Positions 29,098-54,483 of a stretch of 64,000 bases of DNA are shown one piece after another. The number at the start of each line of letters is the position of its first letter. The stretch's first letter is position 1. The stretch is taken from assembly GCF_009914755.1 (NCBI RefSeq), contig NC_060925.1; one strand, given 5' to 3'. The notes below the pieces were generated by a model. It had not been told where the DNA came from, did no database searches, and saw only the letters and a program-made list of their open reading frames with translations. Origin of the DNA: the human T2T-CHM13v2.0 reference genome, Homo sapiens. The position numbers and the translations under genes were made by a program.

Positions 29098-30467
29098 TCA
29101 GTCACCAAGGTAAGGAGATGGGTGGATATTCCTACTGTGGTACCTGAACTGTCATCCTATCAGTTGCCCCAAGACCAACTTTTGTCTCCTGGTTCCAAAA
29201 CATGTGGATCATTTTTTGGTCCACTCCTGTCTTCTGCAGAAGTCCTCCTTGGCACTCTTCACTGTTACTCCATCTGCCATCTTTGTCAATTTTTTATCAT
29301 TTCTAGGAATTTGGGGTGGAATATGAGAAGAAAGCAACATATCTTCAGGACACAATCTTGAATCAGTAGCTATTTTTCACCTGTGCATTAGAGATGGGAA
29401 ACTTGCAGAGCACTTAACAGGACTTCCCTACAATCACCAACTAGTATTTATTGAATTGTTTATTAGTAGGAAACATTAAGCAATTATCCTTCATAAAAAC
29501 ATTATGAAGTAAGCATTACTATAGTCCCAGTTTTAAGATGAGAAAACACAGATTAAAAACATCCTAAAGAGCAGAGCCAAGTTACACTCCAGGTGGTCCG
29601 TCTCAGTAGCCTGAACTCTTTACTAATACACTATACGATGGCATATCCGGGTGATTTTGGGAACACATTATACTTCTACCCTGCCAGGAGGGCCAAATGT
29701 ATTTACTTTGTCATCTCTGTGCTGTAAGGGGCCACATTTCTACCCATCAACTCAATCTACATTACTCAAGCATGCTTGTAATTCATATGTTATTTCCTCA
29801 TGCCAGGAAGAACAGTCACAGTTCTGTTTCACTATGCTTTTATCTTTGAGACTCAAATTCCCCCCTCCCCACTATAAATTATTTGCACATACTAGTCTAG
29901 AAAAATTTAATATGCCACTTTCCCCCACAAACACATCTCCACAATCATAAACACCATGAAATAAACTTCTCTTAGACAAATGAAAAAGTTTCTTACCTTT
30001 TTCTCCAGGCTAAGGATCAAAATTCAAGTTTTACTTGGTTAACTCTCCTGCTAATCTGAAAACTGTCTTCTTCTCTATAGATGCTTGCTGTTTCAGGGGG
30101 GCAGGCGGGAGTTATTTAAGAATAATTTCCATTACCTAATACCTTGATACTAATGTGAAAAAAATTATGAAAATCAGAGGTCAAACACTTAAAAAGATCC
30201 ACGAAAAATCTCCTACAAAGACACTTAAATAAGTAAAATCATCAAATTTTCATAATGTAACAGGGAGAAGATTGAAGAAACCAAAAAAAGCAAGTATGTT
30301 CCTTTGCTGGAACTAATCCTATGGCTAATATATATACAAGTTAATCAGCATACCTTTCTCCTGCTCATTATTCTACATATAATATGGGTCTTAAGTAAGT
30401 AAACATTCCAAACTAGATGAAATACAGTTCCAGAGAGAAATTATAAGTAGTTTAAGACTTAACCCTT

Positions 30468-31088
30468 TGTATTAGTCAGAGTTCTCCAGAGGGACAAAAC
30501 TAATAGGGGAGACATATATCTATAGATATAGATAGATGATAATAGATTAGATATAGATATATTAAAAGGAGTTTATTAAGGAGAATTGGCTCACATGATT
30601 ACAAGGCAATGTCCTACGGTGGGCCGTCTGCAAGCTGAGGAAGAAAGAAGCCAGTAGTGGTTCAGTCTGAGTCCAAAAGCCTCAAGAGTAGGGAAGCCCA
30701 TAGTGCAGCCTTCAGTCTGTGGCCTAAGGCCCAAAAGCCCCAGGCAAGCCACTGGTGTTAAGTCCAAGAGTCCAAAGGCCAAACAACCTGGAGTCTGATG
30801 TCCAAAGGCAGGAGGAATGGATGGAGGCATCCAGCACAGGAGAGGGATGAAAGCCAGAACTCTGCAAGCCAGCTTAGCCCACCTTCTCTCTCCTGCTTTG
30901 TTGTAGCTACCCTGGCAGCCGACTGGATGGTGCCAACCCACATTGAGGGTGAGTCTTCCTCTCCTGGTCCACTGACTCAAATGTTAATCTCCTCTGGCAA
31001 CACCCTCACAGACACACCCAGAAACAATACTTAGCTATCTAGGCATCCTTTAATCCTATCAAGTTGACACCTAATATTAACCATCACA
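30468..31088 (-). mobile_element. MLT2A (ERVL) LTR
   Basis: Minus strand begins TGTGATGGTTAATATTAGGTGTCAACTTGAT; internal (TA/TAGA)n; ends CTAATACA. Confidence 0.8.
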
Positions 31089-34000
31089 CCTTAGGATTTA
31101 GAATTTTCTTAAGAACACTGAATGACCCTTGCCCAGGATCGTATCTGTGCTGTGTCTGAAGTCTTAGACTCCCTCCTGGCCTAAAGAATTTTCCTTCAAT
31201 GCAATGAAAAATGATAATCCCACAAACTAGAAACCAAGACTTGTGCAAAATCAAAACATTGCAAAGGTGGGTGTGGGGAAATCAAGCTATTATCTTTAGG
31301 TATATTCTATTCCTAGGTGTTTAAAACACTAATATTAAAAAGTGATATGGAGCTTCACCTACCCTCTGGCAATTTGCAGTTATTGTCCTTTGATCATGTA
31401 AAGCAACTGAGATCATTTGCTCCTGACTTCACTTCACTAATCTATATCCTTCATTTTTTGCTCCAAGTGTTCCTTCTTCTGAGTGCCTAGTGCTGCTCCA
31501 GTACCTAGATATCTCTCTCTCCCCCTCTCTTTCTGTCTCAATATCCAATCAATCCCAAGCTGTATTACCTCTTTACCAACTTTGGGAAAGTGGACCAGTA
31601 TCCAGGCTTGGATAAGCCAAGGAAAAATACTAAGGAACTGCTTAAAGCTCTAGTAGTTCTTCTACTTTGCTGTTTCTGGCTTTGGCCATCTAAAGCAAAG
31701 TTCCTTGGATTGGTTGACAGTGAGATAGTCTCTAGATTCTTGTGTCTCTTTTTAGTAGGACCACCTAAGATGTATCATCCATTGTGTAATGAGTTCTTGA
31801 CCAAAGAAAAGAAATCTTAAGGTCTTCGGACTCTGTCATCTTTCTTGTTTGCCACTCTTTGGACTGTAATTTGAAGAGAAAAAACCTTGTTTTCTTGTGA
31901 AAATTTTGGATGCTGAGTAGTTGACAACAACAGTAACTTCAGCTAGAAAATGCTGGAAACAATTTAATAAGCAGAAATGATTAACTCCAAAATCATCAAC
32001 ATGACTCCACCAACCCCATTTTTAAATTTCTATTTAAACATTTCCCAAATTATTTGCACATTCTTCTTTTGGCTGTAAGTCTTGTTTTTCTCTATGCTAG
32101 CTAATAGTTTTCTAGATAATTTCTATTCCCTTGACTTTTTCTTATGTTAAATCCTCAAAATTAAGAGCTTTCAACTCAAAAATCAGAAATAGGAAAGAAG
32201 TGTTTAATGAAATGATTTCACTTTTTTCTGAAAGTATTGACATGAAGTATTAAAAGCATCATCTGATAGAAAAAGAAGGTACTTGCCAAATGTTATATCG
32301 GCCTTTATAGAGCACTAGTAACAGACACTATAAAGTCTTTTGTTTCCTAATTTATTATTTTCCTAATGGGCCACATAGCAGACACTGAAGGTTCTACGTA
32401 ACAAAGGTCCTACAAGTAAATTGTGAAAATCCCTTATTGGATGGTGTTTTTAGAATACAGAAGGTCTTATTTCCTTAATGCAAGATGCTTAGGGAAGTCA
32501 CTCTCAAGTCACTAGAAATCTATTAAAGCACCACTTGCTGGAAAATGGAATGTGCTCTGGAAGTACAATGGTGTTCTTGCTAGCGCCTTCCTAACCATAA
32601 CAATAATAAGAACACTGATCAAATATTTACCATGTTCCAGCCACTGTACTAAGTGCTTTGGGTACATTACCTCATTTAATCTTCATATCAAGCCTAGAAG
32701 GTAGTTTCCATTATTTTTTCCACTTTACAGGGGAATAACTTGAGGATCAATTTGCTGTAAGGAAGTTTATTTATCACAACAAGTAAAGAAAGTTTTCCAA
32801 GGTCATACAGTCCTTACATGGGGAAGCTATACTCAAAGCTGATGTTCATCGCCACTACAGGCTAGTGCCTTCTCAGCAAGAACTACTCTTACAGTGCTAA
32901 GAGGAGAAATGGGCAAGTTGGTAAGAGCCAGAATATCTGTTGTTGATATTACAGATACAGCTCTGAACTTAAGACCCTAAAAATGATCTCCAACCTCAGT
33001 TGCCTCTGAGAGCCTTCAGCGTGATATGTGATCATGTGAGAGCCACGTTATGTGTATTCTTTTTACCACCTCTTCTGTATCCATCTGGAGATAGTTCTCT
33101 TTTCTGTTTTTTCTAGAGGAAAAAAACAACGACAAAAAAACAGGGAGATCTTAGCAGAACCAAAGCAGATTAGATATTAGCCTTGAAAATGGTGACAGCA
33201 ATCAGTGATATTGAACCTGAAATAATTTAAATAATTATTGGGGACTTACCAGAGCTAAGTTCGTGGACCACTGGGATTTCTCTTATTTGGGTCTCATAGT
33301 CTTCCATAAAGTGATGGGACTATAATTGTCCATCTTCAAGTATCCTTCTATGACTCATGTATAATCCCTTGACTCTTTTAGGAGATTCCTGGCAGTTAAT
33401 GTCAATACTGCCCTTCATAATGCTTCTGAGTTAGCTTAGGTAAGGTCCTTAAATACCCAATGACTTATACTCTGAGGCTTCTAAACTGGTATGTGGAACT
33501 CGGTGGTTGCAACTTCACCCAAATCCTCATTCTGTGTTGTGCTGTCCCTAATTTAGAGGGCAAAATATTTCAAACTCAATCATTTCTTGTTAAATTCAAC
33601 TCTTGGAGCTCCACCTGTCATAAACACAATCCCATTTCCCATGTACTCAATTACTTCTGTTTCTCGAATCCATCATTCATCCCATAGATATTGAGTGCCT
33701 AATGTATTCCAGATATAGTTCTACATAATAGGGATAGAGCAGTGTATGAAACAAAGCACCTACCTTCATAGGACTTATTCTGAGGAGGTAGGAGGGGAGA
33801 CAAATGATATAATAACTTAGACTATATCTGAGTAATACAACAAATAAGTCTTTAAAAACAGTGGCTTGAATAAGATACAAGTTTATTTATCTTTCATGTA
33901 ACAGTCCAGGGCTAATAGAGCAGTTCTGCCATCCTCATCACAGGGCTTCTGCCTCTGGGTCCAAAGTAGTTGCCCCAATTCCTGCCATCACATCTGCACC

Positions 34001-34306
34001 CCAGCCAGTGGAGAGGATAAGAGGGCAAGGGTAACACATACATATTCTTTTTTAGGGCACAAACTAGAAATAATACATGCAACTTCCATTCACATCTCAT
34101 TGGCCCCAAACTTTGGACAAACCCAGATGCAAGAGAAGCTGGTAAATTAGCCTTTAATTGAGAAGCCAAGCGCCCAGAAAGCAGGGAGTTAGAGTATACA
34201 AGGAAAGATCATTTTTATGGATATCAGTCTCATTCAGAAATAAACAAATAAATAAATACATTAGTATTCAGATGGTATATGGAGAAAAATTAAGAAAATT
34301 ATGAGA

Positions 34307-35863
<1,557 letters not shown>

Positions 35864-38800
35864 TCAAGCTAGGACCATGGTGAACAATGCTCCAAGAGTG
35901 TTCTGATGCTGTAAACTGAGTGTGATGTGCATAAATTGTTTTGCACTCTGCAGGTAGGAGGGTGGGATAGCCAAAGCTGTTCAATATAATAATATTAAAA
36001 AATAAAATCTCAATTGAAGTAAAATACAAATTTTCTTAAGCAATATTTTAAAGTAAATGGAAATGTTACAACCTGGATGAGGGGTGAGGAATTAATAACC
36101 TCTAATCACAGAATAAAAATGGAATGAGAATTCCATCTACCCAAATCAGACAATTAAAAAGTCGAAAGAGGTTACAGTAAAAATTGGGTAAAACTAAAAC
36201 TTAAAAAATAATTTCAGAGGATACATGATATACTCGTCACACAGAAAACTCCAGTTGAATCTTATGGACTTGAGGAATGGATACCTTTGTTTCTCCATCA
36301 CTTAGCACAGTAGCTGGCACCATGTAAGTTCTCACAGAATTTTCCTGAACTCTCCAACCAGAGGCAACCTTTCACTCTCCATTCACATAACATTTCCTTC
36401 TTTCTCTTCTTTTGGGAATAACATATCTTGCTTGAATTATATTTATCTTTATGCCAGTTTAATTCTCTCTTTTAGATTCATTTACATCTTTGTATCCTCT
36501 AGCTCATTATTTTTTCAAAATAAAATGGATTAACAAAAAATTATTAAAGAGATAAACTAAAGGAAAATATTACAACCTGGCTGAGGGGCAAAAATTATAT
36601 GTTCAACATATATTTGATAACACATACTGAGAAAACACGGTCTACTTTTACTTTTCAGAAGTTTGTTCATGTTGACATTGTGGGGCCTAGAAGATTTTTA
36701 TCAAGTTTTCTATTTTTGCCAAGTCATATGATCTGCTATAGTTCAGCTATAGTTAACCAAATGTAGAAAAGAAAAAAATTTTCCATAATATCTAGTAATT
36801 CTCCAAAACAAGCTTGTTCCTTGTTATAAACACTGACATTCTTTGATAACTCTCACTTTATCCCACAGAGGTCATGTACTTATTTCCCATCTGTTGTCCT
36901 ATGCTTACATTCCAAATTCAGTTGCATTGACTTTTAGAACAGCTTTAGGAACTGCACCCAGTTTTAAAATACATTATTTGTCTAAAAATTATGACATGAG
37001 ATTAAACTGTCATCTTTGTAGGTTTCTACACATACTCCAACTCATTCACCAATCCTTGAAAAGATTATGTAACCAATCTCAATGCCCTGACCCAGGCCAA
37101 GCCCATTTCTACATGTGCAGTGTTCTCTGGATCTGATATTTAAAGCCCCTTATCCTGATACTACACACCTTTTGTCTTCTGGAATGCACCTCTCTTCTCA
37201 TCCTTTTTCAAGGCACTAGAAAAGCAGACCATTTCTGCAGCACCTCAAACCAGGGTGAGAAAGCTCCACTCTAATCTCATCATTTTAGCTACATAGATAC
37301 ATTGGCTCAAGGGAAGATACCAAGTGTAGTACTTTACCACTCTGAGGATTTTTGAATCTATAACAGTTGTTTCAACTGGGCCAATAATTATGAAGGGCAA
37401 TAATTAAAAAGAGTATCCATAGTAAAGGAGTAAGAAAAAAAGTTAGAAAAAAAGTAGAGAAAAATATTTACTAGAGTATTTACTAGAACCCACCACTCTC
37501 AGATCAATTTTCTAGTGTTCTGTTGACTGGCAACTAGTCAACAAACTTTCATTGAGAAGCTATTTTATAGTAGGCATTGGGATAGCCTTTGTGGAATAAA
37601 TACCGAGAAGCATGTCTCTAGCAGAAGACAGACAAGAAAATGTAAAAACAAGAAAAAGAAATTGAGGAATAAGCCTACAGTTTACAAAGCTACACAATTA
37701 TTCGTTATGCAAGGAATGAGGCCTTAAGAGAAAGACTTCCCTGTGAACTACAATGAGATGAAAAAGCTTCTCAGAGTGAGATTTGAGCAAGAGTTTAAAA
37801 GAACTGACAGACTGATAAAAAGCTTCAAGTAGTCCAGAGGACTGAGTACTAAAACTCAGAACAATGTAACAAAAGCACAGAAGACAAAGTTAAGATGCTT
37901 TACATGACAGTAGAACATTTAGGCTAAGCTGGAGGACTGGGGAGAACAAGTGAAGAAGGTAAGTTTTGGCTAGATAATAGGTGGCCTTTAGTGTCAGGAT
38001 GAGGATTTGGAAGTTAATCTTTTGGTCAGTGGGTAATAAATGATGGCATTTGTGTAGTTGAGCCAGTTGACAATGCTTTAACAACTTCAAAAGGCCCTGA
38101 AAAACATGGTCCCTAATCCTTAAGAAAAAAGGAACTCCTGACTTCAGGACCCTAAGCTAGGAGGAGATTGGATAAATTCTCTTATGGCCCAACTGTATAG
38201 AAAATAGACCACCTCGGCCGTCTCACTTACTGAGTAACCTTTCCTACCAGAGAATGTGCTATATATGATTTCTTTACTTTCAACGGAAATTTTGGATTCT
38301 CAGTTATCTTTCCCTGACCTCTTGTCTGGTGATCAGAAAAAGATGACTAAACTGGGAATCTTTATTTTCTAGTGGAAAAATAATCATGTATACCGCATTT
38401 TATATCTTTTAATTGGGTGTAAATTTGAACTTCAACATCATAAAAATTAGTAAAATTCATTTTAAGCACAAAGTTGTTAATTCCCCCAAGATTTATCAAG
38501 AATGGCTTAATTTCAAAGGCTGTCAAGTTAATTATAAGCTAAGATTTTCCAGTTGCACCAAGGGTATATTTTATTTGGCAAAAGAAACATCCACTGGCTT
38601 TTGTCAGGATGAGTCTTGAGTTATTCAAGTTTTGAACTTAGAGGTCTTCAGAAATTCACCCCACATATTAACTGTGGCCTTCTCTACACCACAAATTCCC
38701 CTCCACTCATCCTCAAATTGTTTCCTTTCTCAGAACATCTGTGACACAAAGACTGTGACACACCCACAGGTCGATTAACATGAGGACCCAACACCTATTA

Positions 38801-38917
38801 AAACATCCACACTCCTGAGAACACTAAAAACCAACCACTTCGTCAGGTCCCACCTCCAGTCTCGCTGAATCAGGAAACCTCAAGAGAAGCACCTGGAAGC
38901 AGGTTTAACAAGCGCAA

Positions 38918-39342
<425 letters not shown>

Positions 39343-39436
39343 TCAGCTTTCACCAAGAAAAACATGGGCTGATAGGGTTAAGGAAAAGTTTGACTGAAGA
39401 GGATTAAATCCTGAAGGTTAGGGATGTCTTTGGGCG

Positions 39437-39668
39437 CTGGGGTCTCTCAATCACCAAAGATAGACATTACAGGCCAGGTAGCTCTTTGTCCCCCCAGAGG
39501 ACTGTCCTGTGCCTTATGCTTAGCACTCCTGGCCTCTGCCCATTGGATACTTCTAGCACCTCCCCCCCAACACACACACACCTGACAACCCAAAACATCT
39601 ACAGATATTGCCAAATACTCCACAGGGGGTGGGGTGGTGGCAATATATCTCCCTGTTTGAAGTCACTG
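39437..39668 (-). mobile_element. MER20 DNA transposon remnant
   Basis: Minus strand CAGTGACTTCAAAC...ATTTGGCAATATCTGTAGATGTTTTGGGTTGTCA. Confidence 0.6.
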
Positions 39669-40160
39669 GAATGGAAGTTAGGGGAGGATGGCTAAGTCAG
39701 GACTTGCAAAAAGGCTAAGGGACGAAAGCACATGGCTATATTAGACAAAGTTTGTGACAGACGCCTGTAGGTATATGGTAAGGAAAACAGATTAAAACAC
39801 TAAGAAATAGTAAGAGGTTGGACCGAGGGTTTCTCATCTGTATGGGAAATCTCATCTCGTTCATTACTTTCAGAAACAAAAAGGAAAACGACTTTAAAGA
39901 TACAGGTTAAAGGCTGAAGGGGTGTAGAACCACCCCCCGCCTCCTTCCCTCCATCCTTCCCAAATATCCCAGAATGAGTCAAACCTTTCTAATCTCGTAG
40001 CACAGATAACAAGCAACTCAGTAAGACTAGACGGGGATGACTGAGGGCCAACTCATTACAGGACTACAGGAAACTCCTTAGTCCTAAACCCGAATGCATC
40101 CGTGACCATGGTAACACTCCCTACCTGACCAAAAGCTATCAAACGCTCTGACAAGTGTTT

Positions 40161-40202
40161 ACAGCTGCTTTCTCAATTACTGAAGTGGCTCTGAAAAGAG
40201 CC
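40161..40202 (-). terminator. H2B histone 3' stem-loop (40187-40202) and U7 histone downstream element
   Basis: CCAAA-GGCTCTTTTCAGAGCC-AC followed by GAGAAAGCAGCTGT. Confidence 0.9.
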
Positions 40203-40244
40203 TTTGGGGTTAGGTGGTTGATCTATTGCGTCCCTTGCACACTC

Positions 40245-40652
<408 letters not shown>

Positions 40653-40697
40653 TTAAAGAAGTAATCCGAACTACCGCAAAACGGGCTGGTTATGCGC

Positions 40698-40752
40698 TAC
40701 TTATAGAGCCTGTATGCAAATGAAGACTCGCAAAGTGCTGCGCTTTAATTGG
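40698..40752 (-). promoter_or_regulatory. H2B promoter: TATA, octamer (40714-40721), CCAAT (40748-40752)
   Basis: CTATAAGTA, ATTTGCAT and CCAAT on - strand in canonical H2B order. Confidence 0.85.
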
Positions 40753-41507
40753 TTAACTTACAACGGTGTCGTCAGAGGGGGTGGAGTCTATGTAAATAAT
40801 AGATTCTAGTCTTGCTTCCTTAATGGTCACTGTAACAAAAGTCTTGTTATCCAATCAGAATGTTCCATTTCACACTAACCAGTTTTAAGCTAGGTGAAGC
40901 GATAGTTTCAACGGCTTGAGGTTTTTTTCTTGGTTTTCACTTTCCATTAGACTTGCATACGGAAGAAATCTTAACGCCAGCTAGACAAGTTAACTCTCTT
41001 GCCTCGTTTTTGCATTTTTATTCTATACTTTGTGGAAATTTTTTTCTCTTCCTTGAAATACTACCTCACCCACACATTTTTAAAAATCGCCAGATATTTA
41101 CTCCCGCCCGCTTAAATTACTATTCTGGCTTGGACACCGCCTGTAGTATGCAATGAGGAAGATGCTGAGCTTTAATTAAGCTTATAGTTCCTAAATAAAC
41201 CAGGAAACGGGTTTATAATTTTTAAGGGACTCGCCCCACCCTTACACTCAGGATCTTCCACATCTAGAAACTCCCCATAGTCTCTTGCCCCCATGCAAAA
41301 CTTTACCCACAGAATTGGGAGCCGGACATCTAGCCTTAAACCAGCGTGAAAAGGCTCGGCCGGAACCACAAGGACCATGCCTCTGCGGCTTTCTCTACTG
41401 CCGGCCAACTCACGGCTGGGCTTTGGGTTCTGTAACGTCACCCACCACGAGTGCCCCTGGCCCCTGACTGCTGCGCAAGGCAGACGCACATCAGATGGAG
41501 AGCCGGT

Positions 41508-41550
41508 ACAGCTGCTCTTGATGAAAACGGCAGTGGCTCTGAAAAGAGCC
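41508..41550 (-). terminator. H3 histone 3' stem-loop (41535-41550) and downstream element
   Basis: AAA-GGCTCTTTTCAGAGCC-AC...AAGAGCAGCTGT. Confidence 0.9.
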
Positions 41551-41577
41551 TTTAGATCGACCACTTAAAAATATACC

Positions 41578-41999
<422 letters not shown>

Positions 42000-42028
42000 T
42001 CATTGATACGAGAGGGTCTAGGCAGTCA

Positions 42029-42126
42029 TATTTATAGACATAGCCTCCTCTTGATTGGGCCTGAAAAGGAAATTTTCAAACTTGTGATCTCATTGGTTAA
42101 AATTCAATCCTCTTTACTGGGGCGGA
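42029..42126 (-). promoter_or_regulatory. H3 promoter: TATAAATA (42029-42036), CCAAT boxes (42054-42058, 42092-42096), GC box
   Basis: Motifs read directly upstream of the H3 ATG. Confidence 0.8.
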
Positions 42127-43544
42127 AGATTGTTCTGCTAATCTTTCTTCCCTTATTATTTCCCCCTTTCCTGATTTTTTTCTGTAATTTTATCGATCAC
42201 GGATTGCTTTTGAAGACTTTCCTTTAAATTAGTCTAACTTTTGTAAAAGCAATGTATAAAGTGTTTTGCATCCCATTTTAACAGAGATTTTTTTTTTCCC
42301 CGAATTCAAGCATGCCCTTCTATGAGCTATCAGCCTGTTTCAGGTTACCTGTTACTGTAGCTCTTCTACCATAGCTAACATTTATTTCATGTCTGGCATT
42401 TTGCTCAGCAAGTTAGATGCATTGTATACCATGAATGACCGAAGCTTAGCAAAAAAAATATGTAATTGAAGGAATGAAAAAATTGATCTTATTTACTTGA
42501 CCTTGGAACCCAGCCAAAGCCATTTCATGTGGGTAGTGTGCTGACCTATATTGACCTGATATTAGAGCCTCTGCCTTCCTTTAGTCTTTTCTCCCTGCGA
42601 TGTGGTTCCTTCTTCCTCACCCTCACATCAATGGCCAATTAGGTCCTGCAGATGTTAAGCTTCTAAATCAAAGAAGGACAACACCAGAAATTCATTTCTC
42701 CTTTACAATGTAGAATAGTTTGTAAATTAGTGCTTATTAGCCAGATTACAAGTTAAAGTTTCAAAGCAAATTATTCATCAATTGCTGACTTGCTAACATT
42801 TTATTCAATAAAGTATTTTATAATGCTTAAAAGTTTAATATTTTTTTCTGTTCTCTATGAAGAGAGTAAACATGCTTTGCTTTTTCAATTTCATGTGCTT
42901 TGAAGTATGTATTGTTCAGAACAGTAAATATCATAGTGGTTATGTAGAAGCAACTGATACTTAAAAGTTGTAGTAGTTAATATAAAACTTTTAATCATAT
43001 GCTTATTTTACTAAAAAACATTACAAACTATAAAAACTCAAACCTGAGAAAAGCAGGCCCAAAACGCTTAAAACTTACTTTGATGGTGTCATTATGAACT
43101 ATCTTCCTACTGAAGTCAAAGTAAAGTAAAAGTGATTTCAAGGGGACTTCCTGAACACTAAACACAAAGTAGAAATCTGTGAGCTTAATTAATATCTTCA
43201 AGAGTCTCTCATGGGCAGAAGCATCCTCCTCTCGAGAGATCTAAAATGTACAAAAGTGTAACTGATGTGAACAAATGTTATCCCTCTCTGTGGTAGTTTT
43301 GTAATAATGCCTTACAGACAGCAGGCACTACTCAGTGTTTAAAGTTCTTCTACATACACTTTATCATTTAATCCCTACTCTGTGAAATAGATCTTACTCT
43401 TCTCACTTTACAGATAAGAAAACTGAGTCTCAGAGAAATTATGGCTTGTCCTGGGTAAGTAACAAAGCCTGTGTAATATTCTAAAGCAAAAGAATGAAAC
43501 TGTAATGATGAAACTTTCTATTTCATTAGGCTTAGAGGATACCT

Positions 43545-50773
<7,229 letters not shown>

Positions 50774-51827
50774 AATGTGAATGTATTTCTTACTGTAGAC
50801 TTGAGGTCAGGAGAGTGGGCTGTACTGTACACATATTGATATTATTTGTATCTATTCCATGTATCACTTTCTCCTAAAGCATCAAATCTAATACAAAAAA
50901 AGAAAAGCAAAACACAAAACCTAGGCTCAAATTCCACCTTGGCCATGTTTTAGCCGAGTAACTCACGTTCCCCGGTGTCTAATCTTTACCAGAAACTTCC
51001 TTATCTTTAAAATAAGGAAAAAGCCTTTTCTTCTTTCCAGGGTTGTTGTGGACTCAAACGAGAGGCTGTTAGTGAAAGGTTTTTGTGAGTTATAAAGCTC
51101 CTAGGAACCCAGTTATTTCTGCTGCCTTGGCCACATAGTCTAGAAGAATCTCTACATAATTAGCATCTAGAGACTAGATAATTTACCCATTATTTTCCAT
51201 GTGCTTGTCTTATTTCCCAGCATGATGGTAATATTTCCAAGGGAAAGATCTAGGATATATATCAAGTAACGTTTATCATAAAAATAATGAAATTGCTAAT
51301 AACTATTAATTTATTGTCATGTTGAGACTCTGCTCTAAGTACTTTGTATGGACTGTATAGCAATTCATCCCTGCACGAATCCTATGAGGTATGTGTATTT
51401 ATTGTTACTGTTTTACAGATATTGAAACTAAGACACTGAGCCTCTATTTTAGCCTCATGTCTTCTTTCCTTCCAGCTTTTCCCAGGCAAGTAAATGCAGG
51501 CCACAGTCTGCCAGCTGCCCAACCATTCAGGCTTTTCATTATTATAGGAAGCATCTGGCCAAGGACCACCAACATCTTCCTGTCCTGCCCCTGAAGCTGT
51601 GAGTTCCCCAGGTGGAGACACAACCTGTTCCCCAACACCTACACTCATGAACACGGGAGGGTTGGTCAAAATTGCACCGCTATCATGCTTAGTTTTATAC
51701 TCAGGTGTAAGTGACTGATAGAAGGGCCTTTTGGAGGTGGAGAGTGCGCAGGTTCTGAAGAGGCAAGACCGGGGAAGTCTGGACCTGCTTCCAGAGTGTC
51801 CTCCCACAAGGCTTAGTGCTCAGGACC

Positions 51828-52268
51828 TGTAGTGGGTTGAATATGTTCCCTAAAGTTCGTGTCTATCCAGCATCTCAAAATGTGAACGCATTTGGAAACT
51901 GGGGCTTTGAAGACGTAAGTAGTTAAGGATCTTGAGATGAAATCATGCTGGATATAGGATGGGCCTTAAATTCAATGACTGGTATCTTTATAAGAGAAAG
52001 GAGAGGGAAATTCGGACACACAGAGATGAGTAAGAAGCCATGTGAAGATGGAGGGAGAGATTGGAATGAGGCTGCCACAAGCCAAGGAACATCAGAAGCC
52101 ACCAGAAGCTGAAAGAAGCAAGGAAGGATTCTCCCTGAGAGCCTTTAGAGGGAGCATGGTACTTTATTTCAGACTTCTGGTCTCCAGAACTGTGGAAGAA
52201 TACAGTTCTGTTGTTTTAAGCTACCAAGTTTGTGGTCATTTGCTATGGCAGCCCTAGGAAACTAACAC
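51828..52268 (+). mobile_element. MLT1 LTR
   Basis: TGTAGTGGGTTGAAT ... GCAGCCCTAGGAAACTAACACA. Confidence 0.75.
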
Positions 52269-53228
52269 AGGTTGAGTATCCCTTATCTGAAATGCTTGGG
52301 ACTGGGACTGTTTCGGGTTTCAGATTTTGGAATATTTGCATATATATAATGAGATATATTGGGGATGGGACCCAAGACTAAACACAAAATCCATCTATGT
52401 TTCATAAATACCTTATACACACTTACACTGTGCCCCATTTTCTCCAACAACTTGACTTTCTGTACTATAGATAAACATAAATGTTTTCTCTCCCTTTTTT
52501 TTTTTTTTTTTTTGAGACAGAGTCTTGCTCTGTCGCCCAGGCTGGAGTGCAATGGCACAATCTTGGGTCACTGCAACCTCCTGGATTCAAGTGAGTCTTC
52601 TGCCTCAGCCTCCCGAGTAGCTGGGACTACAGGCATGTGCCACCACGCCTGGCTAATTTTTGTATTTTTAGTAGAGACGGGGTTTCACCATGTTGGTTAG
52701 GCTGGTCTTGAACTCCTGACCTCAAGTGATCCAGCCACCTCGGCCTCCCAAATTGCCGGGATTACAGGCATGAGCCACCGCGCCTGGCCTTGCTTTTTCT
52801 CTTTTAAAATCACTGTTACTCATGGGGTATCTGCAGGCCTTTTTGATATTTTCAACAATATCTTTATACCACAGAGCAGAGAATAAGCAAAAAAACCCCA
52901 CAGTGAGTAAGGCACGTAGGTCTTGGCTCCTACATGGGGCATTATGGGGAACGTGCTGTTGACGACACTGGCCTGCACACATGCCATTTTATGACCCTTT
53001 GTGGGTGTGTGCACGTTGGGGAAACCGGGCATGTGCAGAAAAGATATATCTCAGTGGAAAGGGGCTGGGAGGGCCTTTTATTTCCTTGGGGGAAATACTG
53101 TGCATTGTATGACCCGTTGTGTGAGGTCAGGTGTGGAATTTTCCACCGAGGCACCACATTAGTGCTCAAAATTGTTCAGATTTTGGAGCATAGGGTTTCG
53201 GATCTTCAGATTAGGGATGCTCAACCTG
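52268..53228 (+). mobile_element. Tigger4/MER46 DNA transposon interrupted by an Alu (about 52495-52790, -)
   Basis: TIRs CAGGTTGAGTATCCC and GGGATGCTCAACCTG. Confidence 0.8.
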
Positions 53229-53683
53229 TACAACATCCTTGCAACAATCTAGGTGTGAGCTTTCCTCAAGAGCAAGAAGAGCTTGCCACTTCTGCTATAT
53301 GACCACGGTGAAGCCAGCCTGTCACCCTCCTGCCCTGGATGACCCCAGGGAGCTCTACAGAGGTCCATGGCTGGGGGAGGCCAGCAATTGTCTAGGAGAG
53401 CTCAGTGCCACTTGCAAAGACGACAGATCTCTCTACAAATTCTGGGCTGAGCAGGTGAAGGAGGCTGGGCAGGCCCATGAAGGAGCCTAGTCAGCCGTAA
53501 GGAAAGGTTCACTGTGGGGCCCCCGACTTCCCATTCCTGATCTCCTTTGTACCTCTGCTGCCCACTTCCTTTCCTCTTTCCCTCCAAGTATACCTTATAC
53601 TCTGCTCCTGATGACACTCAGATCTCCCCCCGCCCCCCCGCCCCTGTCAAATAAAAAGAGCCTAGTGACTTTTGTAAGAACGG

Positions 53684-54483
<800 letters not shown>

